Below are positions 9,540 to 18,931 of a stretch of DNA of 64,000 nucleotides, piece by piece. The notes beneath the pieces are model-generated. The model searched no databases. It saw nothing but the letters and a program-made list of their open reading frames with translations, and was not told the DNA's origin. The stretch comes from Candidatus Parcubacteria bacterium (GTDB taxonomy: Bacteria > Patescibacteriota > Minisyncoccia > UBA6257 > 2-01-FULL-56-20), in NCBI GenBank assembly GCA_027355945.1, contig DAIEHA010000005.1:3067-67066 (forward strand), written 5' to 3'. Each line of letters opens with the position of its first letter. Position 1 is the stretch's first letter. A program made the position numbers and the translations under genes.

Positions 9540-10303
9540 AAGGAGATCCGACGACCGTAGAGGAATTCAAGGAACAATCGGGGTATGTCATCGATGAGGT
9601 GTGGTATCCGCGCGTAACGAAGATCGTGGGGATCAAAGCAAAGCCCGCGCTTTACTATTATTACGGCGAAGCGAAGAGCTATCGTGCCGCGGTCGAAGCA
9701 ACGGAACGCTCCGCGGTGGAAGGCACCATGATCCATGAGGCTGTGGAGGGTATCCTTCTCGATAGGAATCCGCAGGTGCCCGCCGCGATCGTGCCGGCAG
9801 TGCGATCGTTCTCCGCGTTCCTCATGGCGAACAGGATCGAGGTGGCACCGGAACTCGTGGAACGCCGCATCGTGAACTATGATCATCGCTACGCGGGCAC
9901 GGTGGATGCCGTCGCCCGCATCGGAGGCAAGCTCGGTGTCCTTGATATCAAAACGTCCGCGGCCGTGTACCGGGACTATTCGCTCCAGACCTCGGCGTAT
10001 ATGGACGCGCTCAAGGATGAGTTCCCGGAACTTTCCACGCGATGGATCCTTCGCATCGATCAGATCCAACGATGCATCCGCTGCGGCGCGGTTCGCAGGG
10101 TGAAGGGCGGCGTGGAAAAGGTGAAAACCGATTGGAGGGATCCCGTCATGCGCCGATGCGTGCACGAATGGGGCGAGCTCTTCGGAGAGATCGAACTGAA
10201 GGAATTCCCCGAATGGGAGAAGGATTTCCACGCCTTCCTTGGCGCAAAGCGCCTATGGGAGTGGGAGCACGAGGAGTGGCTATCGAAGGTGGGCTATCTT
10301 TAA
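9536..10303 (+). CDS. PD-(D/E)XK nuclease superfamily protein (RecB-like/Cas4-like fold), standalone
   Basis: Motifs GTVDAV...VLDIKTS (D..D-x-K) and YSLQTSAY (QxxxY) are typical of RecB-family nucleases. Its start overlaps the murC stop. Confidence 0.45.
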   Translation: MKGDPTTVEEFKEQSGYVIDEVWYPRVTKIVGIKAKPALYYYYGEAKSYRAAVEATERSAVEGTMIHEAVEGILLDRNPQVPAAIVPAVRSFSAFLMANRIEVAPELVERRIVNYDHRYAGTVDAVARIGGKLGVLDIKTSAAVYRDYSLQTSAYMDALKDEFPELSTRWILRIDQIQRCIRCGAVRRVKGGVEKVKTDWRDPVMRRCVHEWGELFGEIELKEFPEWEKDFHAFLGAKRLWEWEHEEWLSKVGYL

Positions 10304-10374
10304 GCGTTCCGCGCGCGTCCCGCCGCGCAATCCCATACTCCCCTGCTCCGCGTGGCATCCTCCGCGCATGCGGA

Positions 10375-11073
10375 TCACTGCCACACTTCCATGATCGGCA
10401 CGGTCGATGAGGATACGATGACCGGAAGCCCGGACGTTGAGTTCGCGGGTGCGCGGGCGATCGTTCCGATGTCCGCGGTCCATTGGGATGACGATGCATT
10501 GATGTTGAAAATGGATACGTCGCTTCCCAGCGGACCCGGTGCGCACGCATAGCTTGCCGCCTCCCCATTCGCCGTGAAGGGCAGTGTTCCGGTATAAGGC
10601 GTGCAAAGCGTCCCTCCTTGGAGCTCCATGAGCCATCCCGATCCCGCGGGCTGCGTCCCTTGCACCGGCTGCGACGCGGGAAGCGGTTTCGTGAGCTGCA
10701 GGACGAAGGTCGACGTCTCGTTCGGTTTCGTCGGGTTCACGTTGCAGAGAAGCTTCTGTGCGCCGGGGATCTGGAAGCAGGGATCGGTGACGTCGTTTCC
10801 CACGCTGCAACGCCATGCGTCGCCTCGGAACGGCGCGGCAATGGAATTGGTCCAGCATGAGCCCTCCTTCACCGGGATGGAACTCGACGGCAGTGCTGCG
10901 ACATATTGCACGACCTGGGTTGCCGTGGCGGATGCCGGCGCGGACGATTGCCCCGACGAGGTCGTGGATGGAGTGATGGGAGCGCTCACCGGCGCGGCAA
11001 AGAATTCCGCGACGCCGAAGAGCAGGATGAGTGCGAGCACGATGATGACGGCGATCTTGTTCTTCTTTTTCAT
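10375..11073 (-). CDS. Hypothetical membrane-anchored extracellular protein (Ser/Thr/Pro-rich linker, Cys-containing domain)
   Basis: N-terminal TM segment (MKKKNKIAVIIVLALILLFG), then a low-complexity S/T/P stretch, then a Cys-containing C-terminal region. Confidence 0.4.
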   Translation of the reverse strand: MKKKNKIAVIIVLALILLFGVAEFFAAPVSAPITPSTTSSGQSSAPASATATQVVQYVAALPSSSIPVKEGSCWTNSIAAPFRGDAWRCSVGNDVTDPCFQIPGAQKLLCNVNPTKPNETSTFVLQLTKPLPASQPVQGTQPAGSGWLMELQGGTLCTPYTGTLPFTANGEAASYACAPGPLGSDVSIFNINASSSQWTADIGTIARAPANSTSGLPVIVSSSTVPIMEVWQ

Positions 11074-11091
11074 GCGATCATAGTGATTGAT

Positions 11092-11832
11092 TTATAGGAA
11101 TTTGAACGTACCTACCACATTCTCCATCAGTGCATCGATCTTTGCGGCACTGAAGGGTCTTAGTCCGTAGGATGCGGGATAATTGTAGATCTGGGCGGAG
11201 TGGACCGTATATTCGATCGCATAGCACATCCCGTTCCTGATCGTGCGATAGCTTGTCGTGTCATAGTAGTTCCCCGCACCGGCATCCGAAGATCGGAACA
11301 CGGTGAACGGGACGCCGCCGATCATTGCCGTGGATGTGGGCCCTGCAGCGGGACCGCGTGTCGCGTCCGCCTCGAGGCAGCGTGCGCGCGCGGCCGCGTT
11401 GCCGCTCGCCCCCACCGTAAGCCTCGCATCGGAAAAATTCGTTTGCGGTTCGAATGCCTTGGGTACGGTGAGCGTGAGATAGAGCGTTCCCTGCGTCCCA
11501 TCGGCACCCACCCGCCAATCCGTGGATGACGAAAGCGAATAATTGTCCTGAACCGGGAAATCGATGGGGTATGCGATACTGAATCCGCCAGCGACATTGT
11601 TCGCGTCGGTCTGCCATTCCGCCGTATCCCCGTAATACGGGATGAGACCGTTGGGTGCCGTGGTACCGGAGGAACCCGCCCCTCCTGCCGCAGCAAGGAA
11701 TGCGCCCGCCGTGGATTCCTCGATCTTCCCATAACGTACGCCAAGGGAGAATCCTGCGAACGGAAGCGCGACGAACAGCGCGAGTGCGAGCGTTTTGGAA
11801 TACCAGGTCACCTTATTCCACTCTACTTTCAT
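11092..11832 (-). CDS. Hypothetical secreted protein
   Basis: Start set at the internal MKVEWNKVTWYSKTLALALFVALPFAGF signal/anchor. The rest of the ORF reads MEHQKSSS... with no upstream signal. Confidence 0.4.
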   Translation of the reverse strand: MKVEWNKVTWYSKTLALALFVALPFAGFSLGVRYGKIEESTAGAFLAAAGGAGSSGTTAPNGLIPYYGDTAEWQTDANNVAGGFSIAYPIDFPVQDNYSLSSSTDWRVGADGTQGTLYLTLTVPKAFEPQTNFSDARLTVGASGNAAARARCLEADATRGPAAGPTSTAMIGGVPFTVFRSSDAGAGNYYDTTSYRTIRNGMCYAIEYTVHSAQIYNYPASYGLRPFSAAKIDALMENVVGTFKFL

Positions 11833-11931
11833 ATTGATAGTATACGTCCAAGGCCCTTTTGTGTTAATTGTTGCATTCCGGGGCGGGGTCGGATACCATT
11901 CCCACAGCGCTTTCGCGCACAGGAGGAACCG

Positions 11932-12351
11932 TTGACCGGAATCTTGGTAAAGGCACTTACGATCTCTTTTGCGGGGGTATTCGCCCTTGCTCTCGTCATG
12001 ACGGCCCGGATGGGTCATCGCCTGAGAAGGTTTGGGCAGCCCCACCGAGGAACTCTTTTGATGCTCCATACCACATGGGCGTCATGGACGCTCATCATCA
12101 TGGCAGCCATGATTGTCTTCGTGGAATTCGTCACGGTGCGATATTTCGGCCGCCAGCCCTCACCGCTCTTTCCCATCCACCTTGCCGCATCGATCCTCTG
12201 TGCGGTATCCCTCATCTCTGCCCGTATCCTGAACGGCATCCGCATGAAACGCGCACCCTTCGTCCATCGCACCCTTGGCACCATCGCCGTGTGGTCCGGC
12301 GTTATCTCCGCGATCCTCGGTATTGCCGTCACTCTCATGCTCCATCCATGA
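11932..12351 (+). CDS. Hypothetical small polytopic membrane protein (~4 TM)
   Basis: Four hydrophobic helices. No recognisable motif. Confidence 0.3.
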   Translation: MTGILVKALTISFAGVFALALVMTARMGHRLRRFGQPHRGTLLMLHTTWASWTLIIMAAMIVFVEFVTVRYFGRQPSPLFPIHLAASILCAVSLISARILNGIRMKRAPFVHRTLGTIAVWSGVISAILGIAVTLMLHP

Positions 12352-12423
12352 CACGCATGGGCTCCCCGATCCCACCCACATGAAGACGCCACTATGGTCG
12401 TCACCTGGGTGGTTTTTTTATCC

Positions 12424-13170
12424 TCAGATCTGGATCTTGGAGAAAAGATAGCTTCCGATCGCGAGGAACGCCGCGGTGGCGGCGGCAAGCACCGCAAAAT
12501 CCACCCCTATCCCGAACGAACCGCTACCCGTGAGAAGGATCCTGAATGAATCGATGCCGTACGAGAGCGGGTCGAACCGTACGATCCCTGCGAGTACGGG
12601 AGGAAGACCATCGATGGGAAACAACGCTCCTGAAAGGAAGAAAAGCGGCATTACGAGGAAGTTCATGATGAGTTGGAATCCCTGCATATCGTCGAGCAGG
12701 GATGCGATGGCGGTTCCGAGCGCCGCAAAAAGAAGCGCGACAAGGAGCATGAAAAGCACCGCCACTGGCACGAGCATCCAGTTATACGGATGGAATCCCG
12801 GAATGAGCACGATGAGGAACACGAGGAGCCCTTGGAGCGTTGCCACCGTCGCGCCGCCGAGCGTGCGTCCAATCATGATAGTGAGGCGGTTCACCGGTGC
12901 CACAAGCGTCTCTTTGAGGAATCCGAACTGACGGTCCCATATCATCTGGATCCCCGAGAATATCGCAGTGAAGATGATGCTCATGCCGATGATCCCCGGC
13001 GCAAGGAATTGGAAATAACTCCCTTCGCCCGCCTTCTGGAACACCGTTCCGAGGCCATATCCGAGCGCAAGCAGAAACAGGATGGGCTGTCCAAGCGATC
13101 CTATGATCCTCGATCTCGAGCGGAAATAACGCTTGAGCTCCCGCAGCCAAAGGATGTATATCGTTTTCAT
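12424..13170 (-). CDS. ABC-2 family transporter permease
   Basis: MKTIYILWLRELKRYFRSRSRIIGSLGQPILFLL is a typical ABC-2 N-terminus with 6 TM. It lies immediately downstream of the ABC ATPase. Confidence 0.65.
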   Translation of the reverse strand: MKTIYILWLRELKRYFRSRSRIIGSLGQPILFLLALGYGLGTVFQKAGEGSYFQFLAPGIIGMSIIFTAIFSGIQMIWDRQFGFLKETLVAPVNRLTIMIGRTLGGATVATLQGLLVFLIVLIPGFHPYNWMLVPVAVLFMLLVALLFAALGTAIASLLDDMQGFQLIMNFLVMPLFFLSGALFPIDGLPPVLAGIVRFDPLSYGIDSFRILLTGSGSFGIGVDFAVLAAATAAFLAIGSYLFSKIQI

Positions 13171-13199
13171 GATGGTATGTTCCGTGATGGTTCCTGTGA

Positions 13200-14006
13200 T
13201 CAGCGTCGACCCTGCCACATCCTGCCCCGCGCCCTCATGCGATCGATGGAACCCGCCTCCTCCTCCCGGATCACGCTTCCCGTGAGTGCAAGGAACGCAT
13301 CCTCGAGCGAGCCCTTCCCCGTCCGTTCCCGCAATTCCGCGGCCGTCCCCATTGCGACGATCTTCCCATGATCGATGATGGCGATCCTTTGCGCGATGCG
13401 CTCGGCCTCCTCCATGTAATGGGTGGTGAAGAACACCGTGATACCCTCTTTGGCGTTCAGCTCTTGAAGATACGTCCACATATGATTGCGGGTCTGCGGA
13501 TCGAGCCCGAGGGTCGGCTCATCGAGGAATATGACCGCAGGGTGATGAAGCAGGCCCCGGGCGATCTCGAGGCGGCGCTTCATACCTCCGGAAAATTCCT
13601 TCACCAGGCTTTTCCGCCGGTCCCAAAGCTCCACGAACTCCAAAAGCTCCCGTATCCGCTCCTTTCTGAGCTTTGCCGGTACGCCATACAGCACCCCGTG
13701 GAATTCCATGTTCTCCTCGGCAGTAAGCTCGTCGTCAAGGCTGGGATCCTGGAATACGATGCCGAACGAACGCCGTACCGCGGCCGGGTCCTTTGCCGCA
13801 TCATATCCATTGAGGACGATGGACCCCCCGTTCGGAACAAGCACGGTCGTGAGCATCTTTATGGTCGTCGATTTTCCCGCTCCGTTCGGACCGAGGAACG
13901 CGAATATCTCCCCTTTTTTCACGTCAAAGGAGACGTCATCCACCGCGGTGAAATCCCCGAATTTCTTCACAAGCCCCGTTACACGTATGATCGGTTCGTC
14001 TGGCAT
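13200..14006 (-). CDS. ABC transporter ATP-binding protein (ABC-2/DrrA-like)
   Basis: Walker A GPNGAGKSTT, signature LSGGMKRRLEIA, and Walker B VIFLDEP. Confidence 0.85.
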   Translation of the reverse strand: MPDEPIIRVTGLVKKFGDFTAVDDVSFDVKKGEIFAFLGPNGAGKSTTIKMLTTVLVPNGGSIVLNGYDAAKDPAAVRRSFGIVFQDPSLDDELTAEENMEFHGVLYGVPAKLRKERIRELLEFVELWDRRKSLVKEFSGGMKRRLEIARGLLHHPAVIFLDEPTLGLDPQTRNHMWTYLQELNAKEGITVFFTTHYMEEAERIAQRIAIIDHGKIVAMGTAAELRERTGKGSLEDAFLALTGSVIREEEAGSIDRMRARGRMWQGRR

Positions 14007-14036
14007 CTCCCTTTTTATTCTGATTTATAATAATTA

Positions 14037-14051
14037 ATATACTTAACTATA
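14037..14051. promoter_or_regulatory. Near-palindromic AT-rich motif (atatacttaactata) in the divergent ABC-2 / HlyD-MacB promoter region. It is shared with the marR upstream region
   Basis: The 13-mer tatacttaactat is identical to 63512-63524. It lies 32-44 nt upstream of the ABC ATPase start on that gene's strand. Confidence 0.35.
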
Positions 14052-14128
14052 CTCCGCATGCGGTGCGTTGCAAGTATGGCAAAGGGGTTCCGCGCATGAT
14101 ATACTGCATCAATATGAGATCAATCATC

Positions 14129-15697
14129 ATGGATACTGCAGGGGCAGGGAAAAAACGGGTCATTTTCATCACCGCCGCGGTGCTCGTCGTTGCGGGAGGG
14201 GCATATCTCTGGTTCGGGTCCAGGAACGGACAAGGATATCAATTCGTCTCCGTCACACAAGGGACCATCGCCCAGGTGGTGAGCGTGACCGGGAATACGA
14301 CCCCCATCAACAGCGTGGATCTTTCCTTCCCTGCGGGAGGCACGATCGCGGCGGTCTATAAGAACGCCGGTGACCGTGTGAGCAACGGGACCGTCCTCGT
14401 GCAGCTCGATACGAACTCCCTTCAGGCGCAGCTTGCCCAAGCGCAGGCCGCAGTGGATGCCGCTCAAGCGACGCTCGAGAACCTTCAGGCGGGAGCCACC
14501 CCTCAGGAGGTCCAGGTTTCGAAGACCGCGCTTGCTTCCGCGCAGCAGACCCTCGCAAACGCCTACTCGAGCATCCCCAATGCCGTGGTGGACGCCTATG
14601 CGAAGGCGAACGATGCGGTCCGGAACCAGATCAGCGCGTTCTATAACAATCCCGATACGACGAATCCCCAGCTCTCCTTCTCCGTGAGCGATTCTCAGGT
14701 GATGAACAATGCGAACAGCGAACGCATCCAGGCGGGCGCCGTGCTTGATGCATGGGCGAATGAGACGGCTGCACTCTCATCGGTGACCTCGACATCCTCC
14801 ACGTCGACCCTCGCCTTGGCGCTCTCACACTCCACCGACCATCTTTCCGTCATCACGACGATGCTCAACACCGATGCGGTCGCGATCGTCGACGCAATCG
14901 GTATCACGAACACCACCGCGGCAACATATAAGAATGCCATCGCGAGCGCCATCACGGAGGTGAATACCGCGGCGAGCGCCATCACGACGCTCCAGCAGAA
15001 CATCGCCTCAGAGGATGCAGCGGTCGCACAGGCGGAGGCGCAGCTCGCAGCCACCCTTGCGGGATCGACATCCCAGGCGATCGCCGCCCAGCAGGCCCAG
15101 GTAGAACAGGCCCAGGCGAACGTGCAGAATATCAAGGTCCAGATCGCGAATGCGACGCTCGCCTCCCCTATCGATGGCGTGGTGACGGTGCAGAACGCGA
15201 AGGTTGGCGAGGTTGCGGCCGCCGGACAGACGGTCACCTCGGTCATTTCCGCGAACCATTTCGAGGTTGATACCTATGTGCCCGAGACCGATATCGGCAA
15301 GGTGGCCATCGGCGATCCCGTGGACATGACATTCGATGCGTTCCCCGGCGAGACATTCAAGGGCAAGGTCTTCTATATAGACCCTGCGGAAACGATCCAA
15401 GGAGGGGTCGTCGATTATCTTGTGAAGGTTTCCTTCAATGCGCCGGATACGCGCATCAAGAGCGGCCTCACCGCCAACCTCGACATCAACACCCAGACCG
15501 ATCAGAACGCCCTCATACTCCCCCAGTACGCGATCGTCCAGAACGCGAGCGGCACCTATGTCGACGTCCTCAAGAACGGAAAGGAAGCACAGGTCCCCGT
15601 CACGCTCGGCATCCGCGATCAGAATGGGAACGTCGAGATCCTTTCGGGACTCACCAAGGGACAGCAGGTCATCAATGTCGGCCTTAAGGCCCAATAG
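14129..15697 (+). CDS. HlyD-family periplasmic adaptor (membrane fusion protein, MacA-like)
   Basis: N-terminal TM, a long Ala/Gln-rich coiled coil (QAQLAQAQAAVDAAQATL...), and C-terminal beta-barrel motifs. It precedes a MacB-like ATPase and an FtsX permease. Confidence 0.7.
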   Translation: MDTAGAGKKRVIFITAAVLVVAGGAYLWFGSRNGQGYQFVSVTQGTIAQVVSVTGNTTPINSVDLSFPAGGTIAAVYKNAGDRVSNGTVLVQLDTNSLQAQLAQAQAAVDAAQATLENLQAGATPQEVQVSKTALASAQQTLANAYSSIPNAVVDAYAKANDAVRNQISAFYNNPDTTNPQLSFSVSDSQVMNNANSERIQAGAVLDAWANETAALSSVTSTSSTSTLALALSHSTDHLSVITTMLNTDAVAIVDAIGITNTTAATYKNAIASAITEVNTAASAITTLQQNIASEDAAVAQAEAQLAATLAGSTSQAIAAQQAQVEQAQANVQNIKVQIANATLASPIDGVVTVQNAKVGEVAAAGQTVTSVISANHFEVDTYVPETDIGKVAIGDPVDMTFDAFPGETFKGKVFYIDPAETIQGGVVDYLVKVSFNAPDTRIKSGLTANLDINTQTDQNALILPQYAIVQNASGTYVDVLKNGKEAQVPVTLGIRDQNGNVEILSGLTKGQQVINVGLKAQ

Positions 15698-15699
15698 CA

Positions 15700-16428
15700 A
15701 TGAGGGACGCAATGGAAGTGATTCGCGTGGAAGACCTCAAAAAGGACTACGTGGACGAAGGCGAGACCACCTCGGCGCTTCGCGGCGTCTCGTTCACGAT
15801 CAAGAAGGGCGATTTCGTATCGATCATGGGTCCTTCGGGTTCCGGGAAATCGACGCTCGTGCAGATTCTGAGCTTCCTCGACCGTCATACCGGCGGTTCC
15901 TATACCTTTCTCGGACGGAGGACGGAGGAATTGTCGAACATCGAGCTTGCCCATATACGGAACAAGAGCATGGGTTTCGTGTTCCAGTCCTTCAATCTCC
16001 TCACGCGTCTCACCTCATATGAGAACGTGGAGATACCCCTCATCTATTCCGCTGTGTCCCCTTCCGCGCGGAAGAAGCTCGTGGAGGACGCCATCAAGGC
16101 CGTGGGGCTCGAAGAGAAGATCAACGTCGAGACCGCGAAGCTTTCCGGCGGGCAAAAGCAGCGCATCGCCATCGCCCGCGCACTCGTGAACGATCCCGAC
16201 ATCATCTTCGCGGACGAACCGACGGGAAACCTCGATTCGGCATCGGGGGCGCAGGTGATGGGGATCCTCGACGGCCTGAACCGCAATGGGAGAACGGTGG
16301 TGCTCGTGACGCACGAGACGAATACCGCGGAATTCGCCGATCGCATCATCCGTCTTCGCGACGGCGTGATCGAAAGCGACACCCCGGTCACGAATCCCCA
16401 CCGCTCGCGGGAACAATTCCTCAAATAA
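15700..16428 (+). CDS. ABC transporter ATP-binding protein (MacB/LolD/FtsE-like)
   Basis: GPSGSGKSTL, LSGGQKQRIAIARAL, IIFADEPTGNLD. Confidence 0.85.
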   Translation: MRDAMEVIRVEDLKKDYVDEGETTSALRGVSFTIKKGDFVSIMGPSGSGKSTLVQILSFLDRHTGGSYTFLGRRTEELSNIELAHIRNKSMGFVFQSFNLLTRLTSYENVEIPLIYSAVSPSARKKLVEDAIKAVGLEEKINVETAKLSGGQKQRIAIARALVNDPDIIFADEPTGNLDSASGAQVMGILDGLNRNGRTVVLVTHETNTAEFADRIIRLRDGVIESDTPVTNPHRSREQFLK

Positions 16429-16439
16429 CACCCTCCTCC

Positions 16440-17687
16440 ATGCGCATCAACGATCTTGTCCGCTCATCGCAATCCACCCTCAAGCATGGGAAGATGCGTT
16501 CGCTTCTCACGATGCTCGGCATCGTGATCGGCATCTCTTCCGTCATCATCCTCATGTCAATCGGCGCCTCGGCGCAGGATTATATCCTCGGCCAGGTACA
16601 AGGCCTCGGATCGAACCTCGTCATCATCATTCCCGGAGGTTCGACCAACGGCCGGCTCTCCTCCCCCGCCCAGGCGCAAGGGATCATCATCACCAGCCTG
16701 AAGCAGCAGGATGTCGACGCCCTTTCCCGCGATCCCTCCATCTCTGCGGTGACGGAAGAGGTGCGTGGCCAGGCGCCCGCGAGTTTCCAGGATAATAGCG
16801 AGACCGTCACTTTCGATGGCGTTCCCGCGAACTTCTTCACCGTAAGGAACTTCGGCGTCGCGAACGGCTATCCTTTCACCGCCGATGACGTCTCCGCCTA
16901 TAACCATGTCGCGGTCATCGGTTCATCGCTCGCCACCACCCTTTTCGGGAACGCTTCGAATCCGGTCGGCCAATATATCAATGTGAAGAACATCCAATTC
17001 AAGGTTGTGGGAGTCCTTGAGAAGAAGGGCACGGGCGCCTTTGGGATCGATCAGGACAACCTCGCCATCGTACCGATCACCGTCGCCCAGACGCAGATGC
17101 TCGGCATCACCTATTTCAACGACATCATGGTCCAGGCGAACCCCGCATACAACATCGATTTCGTGAAGGCGCGCGTGCAGACGATCCTCGAACAGGACCA
17201 TGGGATCACGGACCCCAACAAGGACGATTTCACGATCGAGACCCAGCAGGACGTGCTCTCGCTCCTCGGCAACATCACCTCGATCCTCACCATGTTCCTT
17301 GCCGCAATCGCATCCATCTCGCTCATCGTCGGCGGCATCGGCATCATGAACATCATGCTCGTCTCGGTCATCGAGCGCACGAGGGAGATAGGCCTCAGAA
17401 AATCCGTGGGTGCGACGGATGCGGACATCCTCCAACAGTTCCTCGTGGAATCGATGATGCTCACCATCGTGGGCGGCGTGATCGGCATTGCGCTCGGCGG
17501 ACTCGTCGTGGGAGCGGCATGGTTCGCCATCAACCGTTTTGCGGGGATCGTCTGGACATTCGAATTCCCCTTGTCCGCGATCCTCCTCGCGGTCGCGGTA
17601 TCCTCCGTCACCGGGATCGCCTTCGGCCTCTATCCCGCCCGCCAGGCTGCACGGAAGAGCCCCGTGGAAGCGCTGCGCTACGAATAA
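16440..17687 (+). CDS. ABC transporter permease, FtsX/MacB-type
   Basis: N-terminal TM, a large periplasmic domain, then a 3-TM FtsX domain (IGIMNIMLVSVIERTREIGLRKSVGA). Confidence 0.8.
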   Translation: MRINDLVRSSQSTLKHGKMRSLLTMLGIVIGISSVIILMSIGASAQDYILGQVQGLGSNLVIIIPGGSTNGRLSSPAQAQGIIITSLKQQDVDALSRDPSISAVTEEVRGQAPASFQDNSETVTFDGVPANFFTVRNFGVANGYPFTADDVSAYNHVAVIGSSLATTLFGNASNPVGQYINVKNIQFKVVGVLEKKGTGAFGIDQDNLAIVPITVAQTQMLGITYFNDIMVQANPAYNIDFVKARVQTILEQDHGITDPNKDDFTIETQQDVLSLLGNITSILTMFLAAIASISLIVGGIGIMNIMLVSVIERTREIGLRKSVGATDADILQQFLVESMMLTIVGGVIGIALGGLVVGAAWFAINRFAGIVWTFEFPLSAILLAVAVSSVTGIAFGLYPARQAARKSPVEALRYE

Positions 17688-17689
17688 AA

Positions 17690-17724
17690 AAGCCCGCAGC
17701 ATCACGTGCTGCAGGCGGTTGTGG
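17690..17724 (-). terminator. Rho-independent terminator candidate for the minus-strand gene ending at 17740
   Basis: A stem cccgcagca/tgctgcagg (one mismatch) is followed on the minus-strand RNA by a U6 run (gggcuuuuuuauuc). Confidence 0.5.
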
Positions 17725-17739
17725 AGACCGTGGTGCGCA

Positions 17740-18303
17740 TCATGCGCGCATCACTGCCTCCGATCCCTTCAAGGGTCCTTCGAGCAATCCATAATCGTAG
17801 AAGGTACGCCTTTTAAGGTTGTAATCGATGCGCGCTTCGCTTGCCCGCGCATCCTCCTTTTCCGCGGCTACCGCGCGGCGCATTTCCGCGGCCCTCATCC
17901 GGACCGCTGCGCGCATGCGCAATTCCTCCTTTTCCATGTGGACCATTTGTTCCGTCGGGATATCGAGATGCCGTGAAAGCTCCAGAAGCTCCCCTGCGCC
18001 GTCATGCGCAAAAAGGAAGAAGCCTCCGATGATCAGGACTATCGCGAGGGTGAGGAGAAAGACGATGATCTCCCCATCGTGATCGATTGCGGCCGTTGTT
18101 TCCGGGTTTATCAGGAACACCGAAAGTATGACCGCCATGATCATCAACCAGCCTGCGACGAACATGCTGGATGCGATCTCGGAAAGCAACGGATAGATGA
18201 AATATCCGCGCTGGCGCAGTGCCTCTGCAACGAATGACCCGCGTACAGGAACGGCGCGTTCCCGCTTCAACTGCCGTGCCGCAGCTGAGAAGAATGACAG
18301 CAT
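17740..18303 (-). CDS. Hypothetical membrane protein (2 TM plus charged coiled-coil tail)
   Basis: Hydrophobic helices followed by an E/R/A-rich helical C-terminus. The true start is uncertain. Confidence 0.35.
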   Translation of the reverse strand: MLSFFSAAARQLKRERAVPVRGSFVAEALRQRGYFIYPLLSEIASSMFVAGWLMIMAVILSVFLINPETTAAIDHDGEIIVFLLTLAIVLIIGGFFLFAHDGAGELLELSRHLDIPTEQMVHMEKEELRMRAAVRMRAAEMRRAVAAEKEDARASEARIDYNLKRRTFYDYGLLEGPLKGSEAVMRA

Positions 18304-18392
18304 GTGGACCCCTCCAGAAAGATCCCTTCACCGGGACCTCTGCTTGCTATTTTATAACAAAAAAAATTATATTTGGCAATATCTATAAAGGA

Positions 18393-18418
18393 AGAGTCCC
18401 GCCAAAAGACGGGACTCT
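18393..18418 (-). terminator. Hairpin (8-bp perfect stem gagtcccg/cgggactc), possible terminator of the 18484-18918 gene
   Basis: Perfect inverted repeat in an AT-rich intergenic region with a T-run nearby on the minus strand. Confidence 0.35.
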
Positions 18419-18483
18419 CATGCTTTGCCATCCTATTCTCCTCCCCTTCGGCAGATGCCGCAGGTCATGGCCCGATATGCGGC

Positions 18484-18918
18484 CTACCTTCGCCGCGACG
18501 TTTTCTTTTTGCCCGCGGCCTTCTTCGTCGGCGTATGCGCCGTCGAGGCCTTGGCCTTCTTCATCGAAGCCGCCTTTGCACGTGCGAGCTTCATCGCATG
18601 CTTTTCAATGGCGCTCCAATGAGATTTAAGCTCGCGCCCCGCTGCGGCAAGGTCGCGCGCGCTCACATCCTCGAGCGAACCATAGCGGGAGAGCACCTGG
18701 TCCACGATCGCGCCATATCCCGCCTTACCGAGGCGTTCGGCTTTTTTCGCTTTGAGTGCAACCTCCTTGCGGGCCTTCTTCGCCCACTCCTTCACCCGGG
18801 TCCTGTCTTTCTTTTCGGAAAGCAGATATGCCCCTGCGGATGCTGCGAGAAGGGCAGCCGTGATTGCGCCGCCTATCTCCGCGCCCTTTATTATCTTCGC
18901 CTTCTGAGATGCTTTCAT
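18484..18918 (-). CDS. YtxH-like / DUF948-partner coiled-coil protein
   Basis: N-terminal hydrophobic segment followed by a Lys/Ala-rich coiled coil. It is paired with the upstream DUF948-like gene. Confidence 0.35.
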   Translation of the reverse strand: MKASQKAKIIKGAEIGGAITAALLAASAGAYLLSEKKDRTRVKEWAKKARKEVALKAKKAERLGKAGYGAIVDQVLSRYGSLEDVSARDLAAAGRELKSHWSAIEKHAMKLARAKAASMKKAKASTAHTPTKKAAGKKKTSRRR

Positions 18919-18931
18919 TGATGTAGTTATC

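Noticed and set aside
9536-10303. Cas4 annotation for the PD-(D/E)XK nuclease
   Set aside because: No cas genes or CRISPR array nearby, and the N-terminal Cys of the Cas4 Fe-S cluster is absent. Kept as a generic RecB-like nuclease.
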